Shown: positions 27,692 through 36,920 of the stretch, one piece after another
Position numbering within the stretch: the first letter of the stretch is position 1
How the letters are laid out: the number at the start of each line of letters is the position of its first letter
Assembly (NCBI GenBank): GCA_030688315.1
Contig: JAUYIT010000008.1
Location: forward strand, 21,240 to 85,239
Direction of reading: 5' to 3'
DNA: 64,000 nt
Source of the DNA: Candidatus Komeilibacteria bacterium
GTDB lineage: Bacteria > Patescibacteriota > Patescibacteriia > UBA1558 > UBA10009
Notes under the pieces: generated by a model
Seen by the model: the letters and a program-made list of their open reading frames with translations, nothing else
Database searches by the model: none
Told to the model about the DNA's origin: nothing
Position numbers and translations under genes: made by a program

Positions 27692-28135
27692 TTATGAAAA
27701 GTTTAATGTTTCAAAGATCGCTCGCAGAATGGCGTAGCTGGAAAAAATAATCACCAGCCCGAGCGCGGCCCAAATCAGAGTATCTTTGCCCTTTTTGACT
27801 TTATCGGCCGCGCCGCCGGCCGTCATCCATTGAAGCCCGCCAATAACGAACATTAATAAAGCAATAACTCCGGTTACGCCCATAAAGCCAAAAATCAGGC
27901 GGGAGTACAGATCAGCCGGTGTTTTAATGTTTTCTCCTAAGGGGTTATCCAATTTAATGACGCCCGAGTTAGCGGCGCCTGCGTCCTCGCAGGTTTTATC
28001 GCAGGCCGCCTTGGCCACTTCGTCGGCCATAGTGCATTTCGATGCTTTGCAGGCCGCTACTGTTTCCGCCATAACTGGTCCGGCAAATAAAAATAGAGCA
28101 AGTAATAAAAAAGCAATTAGTCCTCTTTTATTCAT
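27692..28135 (-). CDS. VirB2/TrbC-like pilin 2 with N-terminal Cys motif
   Basis: LDNPLG...GGLQWMTAGGAADKVKKGKDTLIWAALG. Confidence 0.82.
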   Translation of the reverse strand: MNKRGLIAFLLLALFLFAGPVMAETVAACKASKCTMADEVAKAACDKTCEDAGAANSGVIKLDNPLGENIKTPADLYSRLIFGFMGVTGVIALLMFVIGGLQWMTAGGAADKVKKGKDTLIWAALGLVIIFSSYAILRAIFETLNFS

Positions 28136-28168
28136 ATCGGTAATTTTAAATTAAACTTTTAAAAGTTA

Positions 28169-28609
28169 TTATTTGGGGCAAACTTCGTTCCAGGCCTGGC
28201 CGGAAAAAATTCTGCCAACGCCTTTTTCGGTTGGCATAACGGAATTTTGGGGATCGGCCTGATTAAAAGTGAGTAACACCACCACCAAGTTAACAATCAG
28301 CCAGCTGGCTAAAATAATCATAATGCCGACGACGGTATGCACTAAAGCGTCTTTGGTTTTTTTAACTTTTTCACTGTCGCCCATGCTGGTTAGCCAGCCA
28401 AAGCCGTGCCAGACAAACAGTAATAAGGAAAGGCCGCCCACAATGCCCAAAATCCACCTAAAAACATTTAAGCCCAGTTGAACAAAATCGCACAGGCCGC
28501 AATTACCGTCTTTTGTGCATTCAGGCAGAAGATCTTGAGCATAAACCATGGCCGGGCTAAATATTGTTAGGCAGAGCAGTGCTATAATCAAGAACCTTTT
28601 GTTGTTCAT
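28169..28609 (-). CDS. VirB2/TrbC-like pilin 1
   Basis: LLPEC...CGLCDF and HGFGWLTSMGDSEKVKKTKDALVHTVVG. Confidence 0.8.
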   Translation of the reverse strand: MNNKRFLIIALLCLTIFSPAMVYAQDLLPECTKDGNCGLCDFVQLGLNVFRWILGIVGGLSLLLFVWHGFGWLTSMGDSEKVKKTKDALVHTVVGIMIILASWLIVNLVVVLLTFNQADPQNSVMPTEKGVGRIFSGQAWNEVCPK

Positions 28610-28621
28610 TTGATTTGAGAA

Positions 28622-29995
28622 TTAGAGGGTTTGGTTGACCTTGTCAGCGGCGTTTTGTAACAGTTTAAGCTGGTTCGGCGTGGTAGCAAAATTTTTAATT
28701 AAATCTTTAAAAATCTCTTCCATTTTAAGTTGATCCTTGCCCTGATACCAGTTTTGAGCCGTTAAAGTTTGATTGGCAAAGACGCCGATTTCCGGGTCGT
28801 CTTTTTGGCCGTTGATTAAGGCCCTTAAAGCGGAGGGCTTTTTGGCTTGAGCTAGGTATTTAACCACTTGTTCTTGGCTGGCCGCAAAGTTAATAAAGCC
28901 CCAGGCCGCGTCAACATTGGCGGTTTTATGGCTGACCGTTTCCGCCCAGTAGTTGGTGTAATTAACGGCTTTGGTGGAGTTTATAATTTGCGGCAGAGGG
29001 GCCACGCCCAGATTGATTTTAGGAGCCCGGCCTTTAATTTCCCTTAATTGATAGGTATAGCCGAGGGTCATGCCTACTTTGCCGGACACAAAGGCGTCTA
29101 AAGAATTGGCCTGTTTGGCGTTCCAGGAATAAACCTGTTTTAAGGGGTCGGCAAAATCGGTGTAAAAATTTAAGGCGGCCAAACCGGGGTAGTAGCTGTC
29201 TTTGCCCGCGGCTTTATTGGCAAAAGCCACTCGTCCGTTTTTATCGGTCATTATCGTGCCGTTTTGGATCATTAATAAAGATACGATATCCACGGCATTA
29301 TTGATGTTATCGGCCGTACCCAGGGTAATGCCCGATTGGATTGGGTTGTTGTTAAGGTCAATTTGGCTGATTTTAGCGGCCGCTTCAGCCACTTCGTCCC
29401 AGTTGGTGGGGGCAGTGGCAATGCCGGCCTTATCCAGCAAATCGCGGTTGTATAGTAAAACCAAGGAATCCAAACTGTAGGGCAAGCCGTAAATTTTTCC
29501 GTTGCTGACCACGTCTTCATAAACCTGATCCACAAATTTGTTTTTTATGTCGGCGGCGCTAAAAATCGGCACGCCCCTAACCACGGTAGTCCGCTCCTCT
29601 TGCCCCAAGGTTTTGGTTATCTGCTCAAACGCCAGTTGGACTTGCGCGGGCTGGGGTGTAATAAAGCTTTGGTATTTGGTCAGCCAGCTGGCCGGTAAAC
29701 TGTAAATATCCGGACCGCGGTCGGCGGCCCAGGCCTCCAACAGTTTTTGCTCATATTCGCTAAAGCGGAAGCGGGTGTATTTGATTTTAATATTAGGATG
29801 CAGGGCTTGAAAATCCTTGATTAATGGCGCTAAAAAGGCCGGTTCGTCCCAGACGCCCCAGTAATTAAGCTGAATGGTTTTGGTTAAAGCGGCCGGCGCT
29901 TGTTTGGTCGGAAAAAGTTTGCAGGAAAAACCGCCGGTGGCCAGAATCACGGCCACAAGCAGGAGTAAAAGTTTTTTTTGAAAATGTTTAGTCAT
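28622..29995 (-). CDS. Extracellular solute-binding lipoprotein (sugar SBP fold)
   Basis: Lipobox-like GFSC; GPDI; YGLPYSLDSLVLLYNRDL; PTNWDE. Confidence 0.85.
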   Translation of the reverse strand: MTKHFQKKLLLLLVAVILATGGFSCKLFPTKQAPAALTKTIQLNYWGVWDEPAFLAPLIKDFQALHPNIKIKYTRFRFSEYEQKLLEAWAADRGPDIYSLPASWLTKYQSFITPQPAQVQLAFEQITKTLGQEERTTVVRGVPIFSAADIKNKFVDQVYEDVVSNGKIYGLPYSLDSLVLLYNRDLLDKAGIATAPTNWDEVAEAAAKISQIDLNNNPIQSGITLGTADNINNAVDIVSLLMIQNGTIMTDKNGRVAFANKAAGKDSYYPGLAALNFYTDFADPLKQVYSWNAKQANSLDAFVSGKVGMTLGYTYQLREIKGRAPKINLGVAPLPQIINSTKAVNYTNYWAETVSHKTANVDAAWGFINFAASQEQVVKYLAQAKKPSALRALINGQKDDPEIGVFANQTLTAQNWYQGKDQLKMEEIFKDLIKNFATTPNQLKLLQNAADKVNQTL

Positions 29996-30024
29996 GGTTG
30001 GTAAACCGCTAAACTGACAAATGC

Positions 30025-30903
30025 TTAAATTTTGAGGTTTTTAAGGTATTTTTTAAATTCCCCGTTAAGTTTGGGATGATCCAATGCTAGTTCCACATTG
30101 GCCTTAAGCCAACCCAAAATGGTGCCGGCATCATAAAGCTTGCCCTCTATTTTTTTGGCGTAAAATGGCCTTTTTTTGAGTAAAACGCTGATGGCGTCGG
30201 CCAGCCAAAGTTCACCGCCCTGGCCGGGCTTGGTTTTTTTTAAAATGGTAAAAATTTCCGGAGTTAAAATGTAACCGCCTACCAGTGCCAAATTGGATTT
30301 GGCTTTAGCTGGGCCGGGTTTTTCGGTAAAATCCTTGACTTTATAAACATTTTTTTCCACCCGTTGGCCGTCAATAATGCCATAGCGCTTAGTGTCTTCT
30401 TTACTTACTTCAATAACCGACAAAACCGGATTTTGGTATTTTTCGTAAACTTCAATCATCTGCTTAATCCAGCTTTTGCCGCCCTTGGTTTGCGGGATAA
30501 AAAATTCGTCGCCCCAAAATACGGCAAAGGGCTCATTGCCAATCAGTTGCTCGGCGTTTAAGACCGGGGTGCCATTGCCATAGCCGCCTTTTTGCCGGAT
30601 GTAAACAAAGTTAGCTAGGCGCGGGATTGACCGCAATTCCTTTAATAATTGGGGATTGGTGGATTTTTCCACCCATTTTTCCAGTTCCGGACTGCGGTCA
30701 AAGTGATCTTCCACGGCGCGTTTGTTGCCGCTGGTAACAAAAATTATTTCGGTAATACCTGCTTCGGCGCAGGCCTCCACAATGTATTGGATGGTGGGTT
30801 TATCAACCACCGGCAGCATTTCTTTGGGCTGGGCTTTGGTGGCTGGCAAAAAGCGGGTGCCAAACCCGGCCACGGGGATTATTGCTTTGCGGATTTTAGA
30901 CAT
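30025..30903 (-). CDS. galU: UTP--glucose-1-phosphate uridylyltransferase
   Basis: KAIIPVAGFGTRFLPATKAQPKEMLPVVDKPTIQY and EKP motifs. Confidence 0.95.
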   Translation of the reverse strand: MSKIRKAIIPVAGFGTRFLPATKAQPKEMLPVVDKPTIQYIVEACAEAGITEIIFVTSGNKRAVEDHFDRSPELEKWVEKSTNPQLLKELRSIPRLANFVYIRQKGGYGNGTPVLNAEQLIGNEPFAVFWGDEFFIPQTKGGKSWIKQMIEVYEKYQNPVLSVIEVSKEDTKRYGIIDGQRVEKNVYKVKDFTEKPGPAKAKSNLALVGGYILTPEIFTILKKTKPGQGGELWLADAISVLLKKRPFYAKKIEGKLYDAGTILGWLKANVELALDHPKLNGEFKKYLKNLKI

Positions 30904-30963
30904 ATGTTAGTAATATTATACAATCATTGTTTAACTTTCGCAACCATAAAAGGCCTTTTGTTG

Positions 30964-31362
30964 TTACTCATTCTTAGTAAAATTTAAAGCCGCGGAATTA
31001 ATGCAATAGCGTTGTCCGGTTGGGCCGGGGCCGTCGGGAAAAACGTGGCCGAGGTGAGAACCGCAGTTTTTGCAGATTACTTCAGTTCTGGTAATGCCAA
31101 AGCTGTTATCTTCCTTAAACTCCACCGCTATTTTATCGGCCGCGTCAGAAAAACTGGGCCAGCCCGTACCGGAGTCAAACTTGGTGGCGGAAGAAAACAA
31201 GAGGGCGTCGCAAGCCGCGCAATGGTAAGAGCCATCTTGATGATGATTCCAATACTTGTTGTTAAAGGCCGGTTCGGTGGCGCCCAAACGGCAAACACTG
31301 TACTGTTCGGGCGTTAGTTTTTGTTTAAAGGCCTCTTCCTCTTGCGGGGTAGCTTGAGTCAT
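30964..31362 (-). CDS. msrB: Peptide-methionine (R)-S-oxide reductase
   Basis: KFDSGTGWPSF, HLGHVF.DGP and RYCINSAAL motifs. Confidence 0.97.
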   Translation of the reverse strand: MTQATPQEEEAFKQKLTPEQYSVCRLGATEPAFNNKYWNHHQDGSYHCAACDALLFSSATKFDSGTGWPSFSDAADKIAVEFKEDNSFGITRTEVICKNCGSHLGHVFPDGPGPTGQRYCINSAALNFTKNE

Positions 31363-31364
31363 CT

Positions 31365-32378
31365 TTAATTTTTTAAATGTTGATCAAAAAAGGCGGTTGT
31401 TTTTTGCATAAAGTCAGTCCAATGGACGCCGAATTCATGCGGGCCGTTTTGATAAATCGTCAGTTGGGCAGGCACGTCGGCTTTAGTTAGAGCATCCAAA
31501 GTATGCTTTGACCATTCCAAGGGCACCGAGTCATCGGCCGTGCCGTGGAAAATGGCCACGGGCGCAATAATCCGGTCATAAAAATTTTCCGCTGATAAAT
31601 CGTACCAAAAATCAGGGTTGTTGGTTGGGCTACCGTAAAGCTGATCCAGTTTAACTACGGTTTCCGGCCTTTTAGCCAGCCATCTTTCATAACTCAAAGC
31701 GTAATTGCCGGAAACCGGCGCGTATAAAACGGCCGCTTTAATTAAACCGGGCTTGGCCACTAAAGAGGTAAGCGTAACGCCGCCGCCCATGGAATGGCCC
31801 AGCGTGCCGATGTTGTTTGGATCAATAAATGCCAGTTGGGAATTTTTTACTGCCTCGGCGGCGGCCAAAGAATCTTCGGCATAGCTTAAGCGCACGGCCA
31901 GTTCATCGCGGTTATCCTTATCGGATTGGGCGTGATTGCGGTAATCGGTGTGCAAGACCACGTAGCCCTGATTGGCCAGATAATCCTGTTCTCGCTTTAA
32001 ACCGCGTCCGTTGGTGTAAATAGCGGTATCAATATGGCCATGGTTTAAAATTAAAACAGGGAACAATCCGGCGCCGACGGGCACATTCATAATGCCCGAA
32101 ATAGTCAGCTGATTGCTTTGGTAAGTAATATAGTAGCGGGTATATAAGGAAGTTCGCGCCAACACTTGGCCGAGTTTTAAATTTGAACCGATGATTTCTT
32201 TGTCAAATAAGGCCGGCAAAGAAACCGCATGGCTAATTTTGGCTTGAACTGATTCAGCTAGGGTCGCGGAAGTAGGTATTATGTTTTTGTTTTGTCCGAG
32301 AGGCGCGTTAGCAGTCAGACAACCGCTTAATACCAAAGGCAAAACAGTAATCAAATAGAATAATTTAGCCGTATTCAT
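31365..32378 (-). CDS. Lipoprotein alpha/beta hydrolase (S9 peptidase-like)
   Basis: Lipobox LSGC; GHSMGG, HGTADDSV and H catalytic triad. Confidence 0.85.
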   Translation of the reverse strand: MNTAKLFYLITVLPLVLSGCLTANAPLGQNKNIIPTSATLAESVQAKISHAVSLPALFDKEIIGSNLKLGQVLARTSLYTRYYITYQSNQLTISGIMNVPVGAGLFPVLILNHGHIDTAIYTNGRGLKREQDYLANQGYVVLHTDYRNHAQSDKDNRDELAVRLSYAEDSLAAAEAVKNSQLAFIDPNNIGTLGHSMGGGVTLTSLVAKPGLIKAAVLYAPVSGNYALSYERWLAKRPETVVKLDQLYGSPTNNPDFWYDLSAENFYDRIIAPVAIFHGTADDSVPLEWSKHTLDALTKADVPAQLTIYQNGPHEFGVHWTDFMQKTTAFFDQHLKN

Positions 32379-32579
32379 ACATCATTTATTATAGCACATT
32401 TTATTTTATCAACATTTGGTATCCTAACCTAAGCCCCAAAAAACGTTTATAAACAGTTTATACACTTTGTACAGTTTGACAATAATTGCCGGCCATGAAA
32501 TAGTATAACTAGGGTATCCTCGGGTTGGTTGGATTGCCCAAAGGTCGATGATTAAAAATAACAGCTAAGGAACAATCAT

Positions 32580-32702
32580 ATGAGATTTAAAAATGAAATT
32601 ACCAACCGTCCTAATTCCAATATTGATGGCGCTGATGATGACAAAAAAGACCAAAGCGCGGAGATGGACGACAAAAAAAGCGAAGAAGATGATAAAGAAT
32701 AG
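32580..32702 (+). CDS. Small acidic protein (40 aa), not in the ORF track
   Basis: MRFKNEITNRPNSNIDGADDDKKDQSAEMDDKKSEEDDKE, with AAGGA upstream and a long hairpin downstream. Confidence 0.45.
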   Translation: MRFKNEITNRPNSNIDGADDDKKDQSAEMDDKKSEEDDKE

Positions 32703-32725
32703 ACTTTTCCCGATCGGGGAATGAG

Positions 32726-32800
32726 GCGGCCGGCTTAAAGAGATCTTTCTCAACATTTATCTCATACAAGAAAGCAATCTTTTTTAAGCCGGCCGCTTTT
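32726..32800 (+). terminator. Long hairpin with T-run
   Basis: GCGGCCGGCTTAAAGAGAT...ATCTTTTTTAAGCCGGCCGC-TTTT. Confidence 0.6.
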
Positions 32801-32807
32801 AAAATTG

Positions 32808-33416
32808 TCAGGATTTTTGGTAAAAGTGTTTTTTAACAAAATAAAGCGCGGCTAAAATAAGCAGGCCGAGCATGAGCAGGTCAATGACCTCGGTGTATTT
32901 AATCACCGAGTCCCAGTTGTTTTTAAGATAAAAGCCGGCCGCGGCCAAAAAAGTATTCCATAAACCGGCGCCGATCACGGTATAAACACAAAATTTAAGC
33001 AGATTCATTTTAGCCAAACCCGCCGGCAAAGAAATCAAATGCCGCACGATGGGGATAAAGCGGCTGACAAAAATAGTTAGTTCGCCCTTTTGTTTAAAAA
33101 AGTTTTCGGTTTTGTTTAAGTCCGCTTCATTAAGCAAAAAATATTTGCCCCATTTGGCAATTAAAGCCCGTCCGCCGTATTGGCCGATCCAGTATGAAAG
33201 CAAAGAGCCCACCAAACTGCCCAAGGTGCTAAAAAAAATCACGCCTAAAAAGGTAAAATCGCCCGAAGCAATTAAAAAACCGGCAAAAGGCATGACCGCT
33301 TCCGAGGGAATGGGGAAAATCATGCTCTCGGCCGTCATTAATAAAAAAACGCTCGGATAGCCAAGGGCATTGATAAAGTTGGTAATATGTTCCGCTAAAA
33401 ATTCAGTTAAGCCCAT
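32808..33416 (-). CDS. DedA family membrane protein
   Basis: ESMIFPIPSEAVMPFAG and RFIPIVRHLISLPAG motifs. Confidence 0.93.
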   Translation of the reverse strand: MGLTEFLAEHITNFINALGYPSVFLLMTAESMIFPIPSEAVMPFAGFLIASGDFTFLGVIFFSTLGSLVGSLLSYWIGQYGGRALIAKWGKYFLLNEADLNKTENFFKQKGELTIFVSRFIPIVRHLISLPAGLAKMNLLKFCVYTVIGAGLWNTFLAAAGFYLKNNWDSVIKYTEVIDLLMLGLLILAALYFVKKHFYQKS

Positions 33417-33510
33417 TGATGTTTTATTATTTATATTATTCTACCAATAATTAAGGCCCATTGTCCATGATGCGGATTTGGGCCTTAACCAGTTATTTAG
33501 TTTTAAGATT

Positions 33511-34734
33511 TTAATAGCGTTTTCTAAACGAACGCCGGCTGTTGTAAGTTGAGCGCGGCCGGCCGGACATCCGCTTGTCATCTTCAGCCGTTATTTTAAC
33601 ATTAGGCAGATCCGGCAGTTTAGAAATTGGCAAGGCGGTTTTAACCAGCCGTTCAATTTCTCTAAGTTCGTAGCGCTGTTCGGGCGTAACCAATGAAATA
33701 GCGTGGCCGCCGGCTCCGGCGCGGGCCGTCCGGCCGATGCGGTGAACGTAATCCTCGGTGTTCATCGGCAGATCAAAGTTTAAAACCAATTCAATACCTA
33801 CCACGTCAATGCCGCGCGAGGCAATATCGGTGGCGATTAAAATGCGGTATTTGCCGGATTTAAAACCCTTCATGGCATCCTGACGCTGGCCCAAGGAACG
33901 GTTGGAATGCAATTCCACGCAGCTGTGGCCAAGTTGCCGGACCAGTTGGCTTAAACGTTTGGCGCCGTATTTGGTTTTGGTAAAAATTAAAGTCGGACCC
34001 GTGTATTGCTTTAACAATTTTTCGGTCAAAGGAATCTTGGCATCTTTAGGGCAGATAAAAATTTCTTGCGTTACGCGATCGGCCGTGGTGCCGGTGGGCG
34101 CCACTTCAATCCTAATCGGCAGTTTCATGTAACTGCTAGCCAGCTTGATAATTTCGCTCGGCATGGTAGCCGAAAAAAGCATGGTTTGCCGGTCATGGGG
34201 CAGATTTTGGAAAATCTGGCGGATTTGCGGGGCAAAACCCATATCCAGCATGCGGTCGGCTTCGTCCAACACCACCACTTTAATATCATCGGTGCGTAAA
34301 GTTTTTTGGTTAAGATGATCGTTTAAGCGGCCGGGCGTGCCGATAATAATATGAGGGTTGCGGGCTAAGGCCTTAATTTGAGGATAGGCCGAAGTGCCGC
34401 CGATCAATACGGCGGTTTTTAAGCCCAGGCCGTGCCCTAGCTGGCGCAAGGCCTCATCCACCTGCGTGGCCAGTTCGCGCGTGGGCAAAACAATCAGGCC
34501 GCGGCCTTTAAGCTGATGCAGGCGTTGGATCATAGGAATGCCAAAAGCAAAGGTTTTGCCGGTACCGGTTTGGGCCACGCCCATCACATCTTTGCCTTGA
34601 ATGGCAATAGGAATGGCCTGTTTTTGAATGGGAGTCGGGGAGGAGATTTTTAATTTGGCCAGGGCCTCCAGTAAAGAGGGGGCAATGCCCAGGCCGGAAA
34701 AGCCGACAGCCGTAGTTTGTGGTTCTTGATTCAT
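33511..34734 (-). CDS. DEAD-box RNA helicase
   Basis: AQTGTGKT, PTRELA, TPGR, DEAD, SAT and HRIGRTAR motifs. Confidence 0.96.
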   Translation of the reverse strand: MNQEPQTTAVGFSGLGIAPSLLEALAKLKISSPTPIQKQAIPIAIQGKDVMGVAQTGTGKTFAFGIPMIQRLHQLKGRGLIVLPTRELATQVDEALRQLGHGLGLKTAVLIGGTSAYPQIKALARNPHIIIGTPGRLNDHLNQKTLRTDDIKVVVLDEADRMLDMGFAPQIRQIFQNLPHDRQTMLFSATMPSEIIKLASSYMKLPIRIEVAPTGTTADRVTQEIFICPKDAKIPLTEKLLKQYTGPTLIFTKTKYGAKRLSQLVRQLGHSCVELHSNRSLGQRQDAMKGFKSGKYRILIATDIASRGIDVVGIELVLNFDLPMNTEDYVHRIGRTARAGAGGHAISLVTPEQRYELREIERLVKTALPISKLPDLPNVKITAEDDKRMSGRPRSTYNSRRSFRKRY

Positions 34735-35309
34735 AAAGATTTTTTGAATTTATGTTTAGTTAAAGAAGTAATTAATAGTATATTCATGATTACGAGATAA
34801 AACGGAAAAGAGTAAGCGGAAGCTTGCCAGGTGGTGATGGCAAAAAAGCTGGTCAGCGAACTAAACAAACCTGCCACATACGGGCTGATAGTTTCAGTTT
34901 CCGGATATTTCCAGGATTTTATCAAAGTGGGAATGGCGGCAAAGCCGTCACTGACAATGGCCAGCATGATGGCCACCAACGGTTCTTTGGTAATGGCCCA
35001 GAGCACTAAGGCCAAAACGGAAAATAAGCCGCACAAGTAATCAAATTTTTCCAGCTTCCAATAGGCGTTACGGTTGATAAAGGAAGCGATAAAAACCAGC
35101 AACGGGCCAAAGCCGGCGATAAAAGTGGGTATCACCGCCCAGGTAACTCCGTTAGACAGGGCGGCTAAGGTCCCGATCATTGGAGCAATGGTCCACAACA
35201 GCCAGGTAACTTTGTTGGGTTTGGTGTGGCCGCGTAAAGTTTCTTTGATATAGTAGGAAATGCCGATTAATTGAACGACCGCGCCTACTAAAACCAGGTA
35301 TTTTAGCAT
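34731..35309 (-). CDS. Hypothetical membrane protein
   Basis: About 6 TM segments; TKPNKVTW and IPTLIKSWKYPETE; overlaps the helicase start. Confidence 0.75.
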   Translation of the reverse strand: MLKYLVLVGAVVQLIGISYYIKETLRGHTKPNKVTWLLWTIAPMIGTLAALSNGVTWAVIPTFIAGFGPLLVFIASFINRNAYWKLEKFDYLCGLFSVLALVLWAITKEPLVAIMLAIVSDGFAAIPTLIKSWKYPETETISPYVAGLFSSLTSFFAITTWQASAYSFPFYLVIMNILLITSLTKHKFKKSL

Positions 35310-35525
35310 TGAATTTGCTGGCTAGTTATCAAGATTTATCAAAAAGGATAACTTGATTTAAAACTATATCAAATTATTTAAATTTTGTCAAGCTAAAGTA
35401 TGAATTAAACGCAATTTTCTGATATTTATACCTAACATTAGCTAAAAAGTAGTTTTATTCAATATATAACCTAAAATAAAAACAGCTCTGCTAGGAAAAA
35501 CTGTTGTTTGAAGAGAAATAAGTAC

Positions 35526-36167
35526 TTATGGGATTATTTCCTCTTTAGCGCCGTTGATAATTATCACTTGGCCGTCTGTTAAAGTTTTAAAAGGCATTTT
35601 TTCTTGTTTAAAAAATTCCACTGTTCTATCAATCGCCGCTGATTCGGGGTGGTTTGAATGATAATGAGGCGTAAAGGAGTAGGGTAAAATATTTAGGCCT
35701 TCCCAGATAGGTTCCTGCCCGTAGATTTGTTGGACGGCGTTAACGTCATCAACAATTTCTAAACCCCGCAAAGTGGGTGATAGCACGCAACCGCCGGCGC
35801 TATAACCCGCGTAGATTATTTTGTCTTCAGCCAGTAATTCTTTAATGATTATATCAAAGCCGCTCTCGCGCATGGCACGGCGCAATAAAAATGTATTACC
35901 GCCAGAAACGCACAAACCTTCATAGTTTAGCAATTCATTTTTTAATTCAGCAGTTTTTCCAAAGAATTTTTTTAAATCAATTTCCGAGGCAATCAGGCCG
36001 ATTTTATTTAAACCTTCAAGGTGTTCAAAACACTTCATTTGCCTTTCTTCTTTACTATAACCATCGCGCGCGTTTAAAATAAGAGCGACTTTTTTATTGC
36101 CCTTAAATAAGGCGGTTAGTTTTTCCGGATGATTGCCTAAGCCGTATGAGGATAAGTATAAACGCAT
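35526..36167 (-). CDS. Peptidase S51 (dipeptidase E-like)
   Basis: SGGNTFLL, GYSAG and PHY motifs. Confidence 0.88.
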   Translation of the reverse strand: MRLYLSSYGLGNHPEKLTALFKGNKKVALILNARDGYSKEERQMKCFEHLEGLNKIGLIASEIDLKKFFGKTAELKNELLNYEGLCVSGGNTFLLRRAMRESGFDIIIKELLAEDKIIYAGYSAGGCVLSPTLRGLEIVDDVNAVQQIYGQEPIWEGLNILPYSFTPHYHSNHPESAAIDRTVEFFKQEKMPFKTLTDGQVIIINGAKEEIIP

Positions 36168-36170
36168 AGT

Positions 36171-36920
36171 TTATTTTTTAGATTCAGCGTAATTATCTAA
36201 AAATTGTCCTACAGTTTGATTAACTTCATTAATAGCTTGTGAGTTATAACGATAATCATGTTCCGCCTCCACTTCCTGTATCATTTTTGGTTCCAAAAGA
36301 TTTTGGTATATTTTTTTAACTTCATCAACGGCAGTAAACTTATCTTTGGTGCCGTAGACTAAAAGTTTTGGCTTTGTACATTCCTGCAAGGCCTGGAGAG
36401 GATTGTGCAGTTCACCATCTTTCCAATAGTTAAGCGGCAATAGAAATTTTTTCTTTTCATCGCTTGGTGATTCACCGGGCGGCAGATCTCTGTAGCTAAC
36501 TTCAAAACCTTCTTGTAAGGCCTTATTGGTTGGAGGAGTGGGTGCGCCATAGGTAGCCATAATCAGGACGATGTCGGTAACAGAGTTATTAGAACTTGCG
36601 AGCATCGCTGTGGTGGCACCGCGGCTATGACCCAGCAGCAATGTTGGTTTATTACCATAATACTCTATCAGTTCGTTAGTGGATTTTATGTAGTTAGTAG
36701 TTGTGCAAAGATTAATTTCTCCGGGACTTTCCCATGTTCCGGGCGGATCAAAACATACAGCTAAAAATCCTTTGTTCGCCAAATAATCAAGATGGCTGAC
36801 AAAATGAGCGTAATCTTTGGTATCTAACCTGCCGGGAATTAAAATAGCTAATTTTTTAGCGTTTTCATTTCCTTTAATAATAACGGCTAATTCAAATGAT
36901 TTGGTTTTGATTAAATTCAT
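36171..36920 (-). CDS. Alpha/beta hydrolase
   Basis: GHSRG nucleophile elbow, GTKD and HDY motifs. Confidence 0.8.
   Translation of the reverse strand: MNLIKTKSFELAVIIKGNENAKKLAILIPGRLDTKDYAHFVSHLDYLANKGFLAVCFDPPGTWESPGEINLCTTTNYIKSTNELIEYYGNKPTLLLGHSRGATTAMLASSNNSVTDIVLIMATYGAPTPPTNKALQEGFEVSYRDLPPGESPSDEKKKFLLPLNYWKDGELHNPLQALQECTKPKLLVYGTKDKFTAVDEVKKIYQNLLEPKMIQEVEAEHDYRYNSQAINEVNQTVGQFLDNYAESKK

Noticed and set aside
22523-28609. Conjugative T4SS locus or type IV (PilA-type) pilins
   Set aside because: No VirB4, VirD4 or relaxase is nearby, and the proteins lack the class III GFTLIE prepilin motif.
32565-32756. 63-aa minus-strand hydrophobic ORF
   Set aside because: Its hydrophobicity is the mirror of the purine-rich + strand ORF at 32580-32702, which has the better RBS and terminator context.
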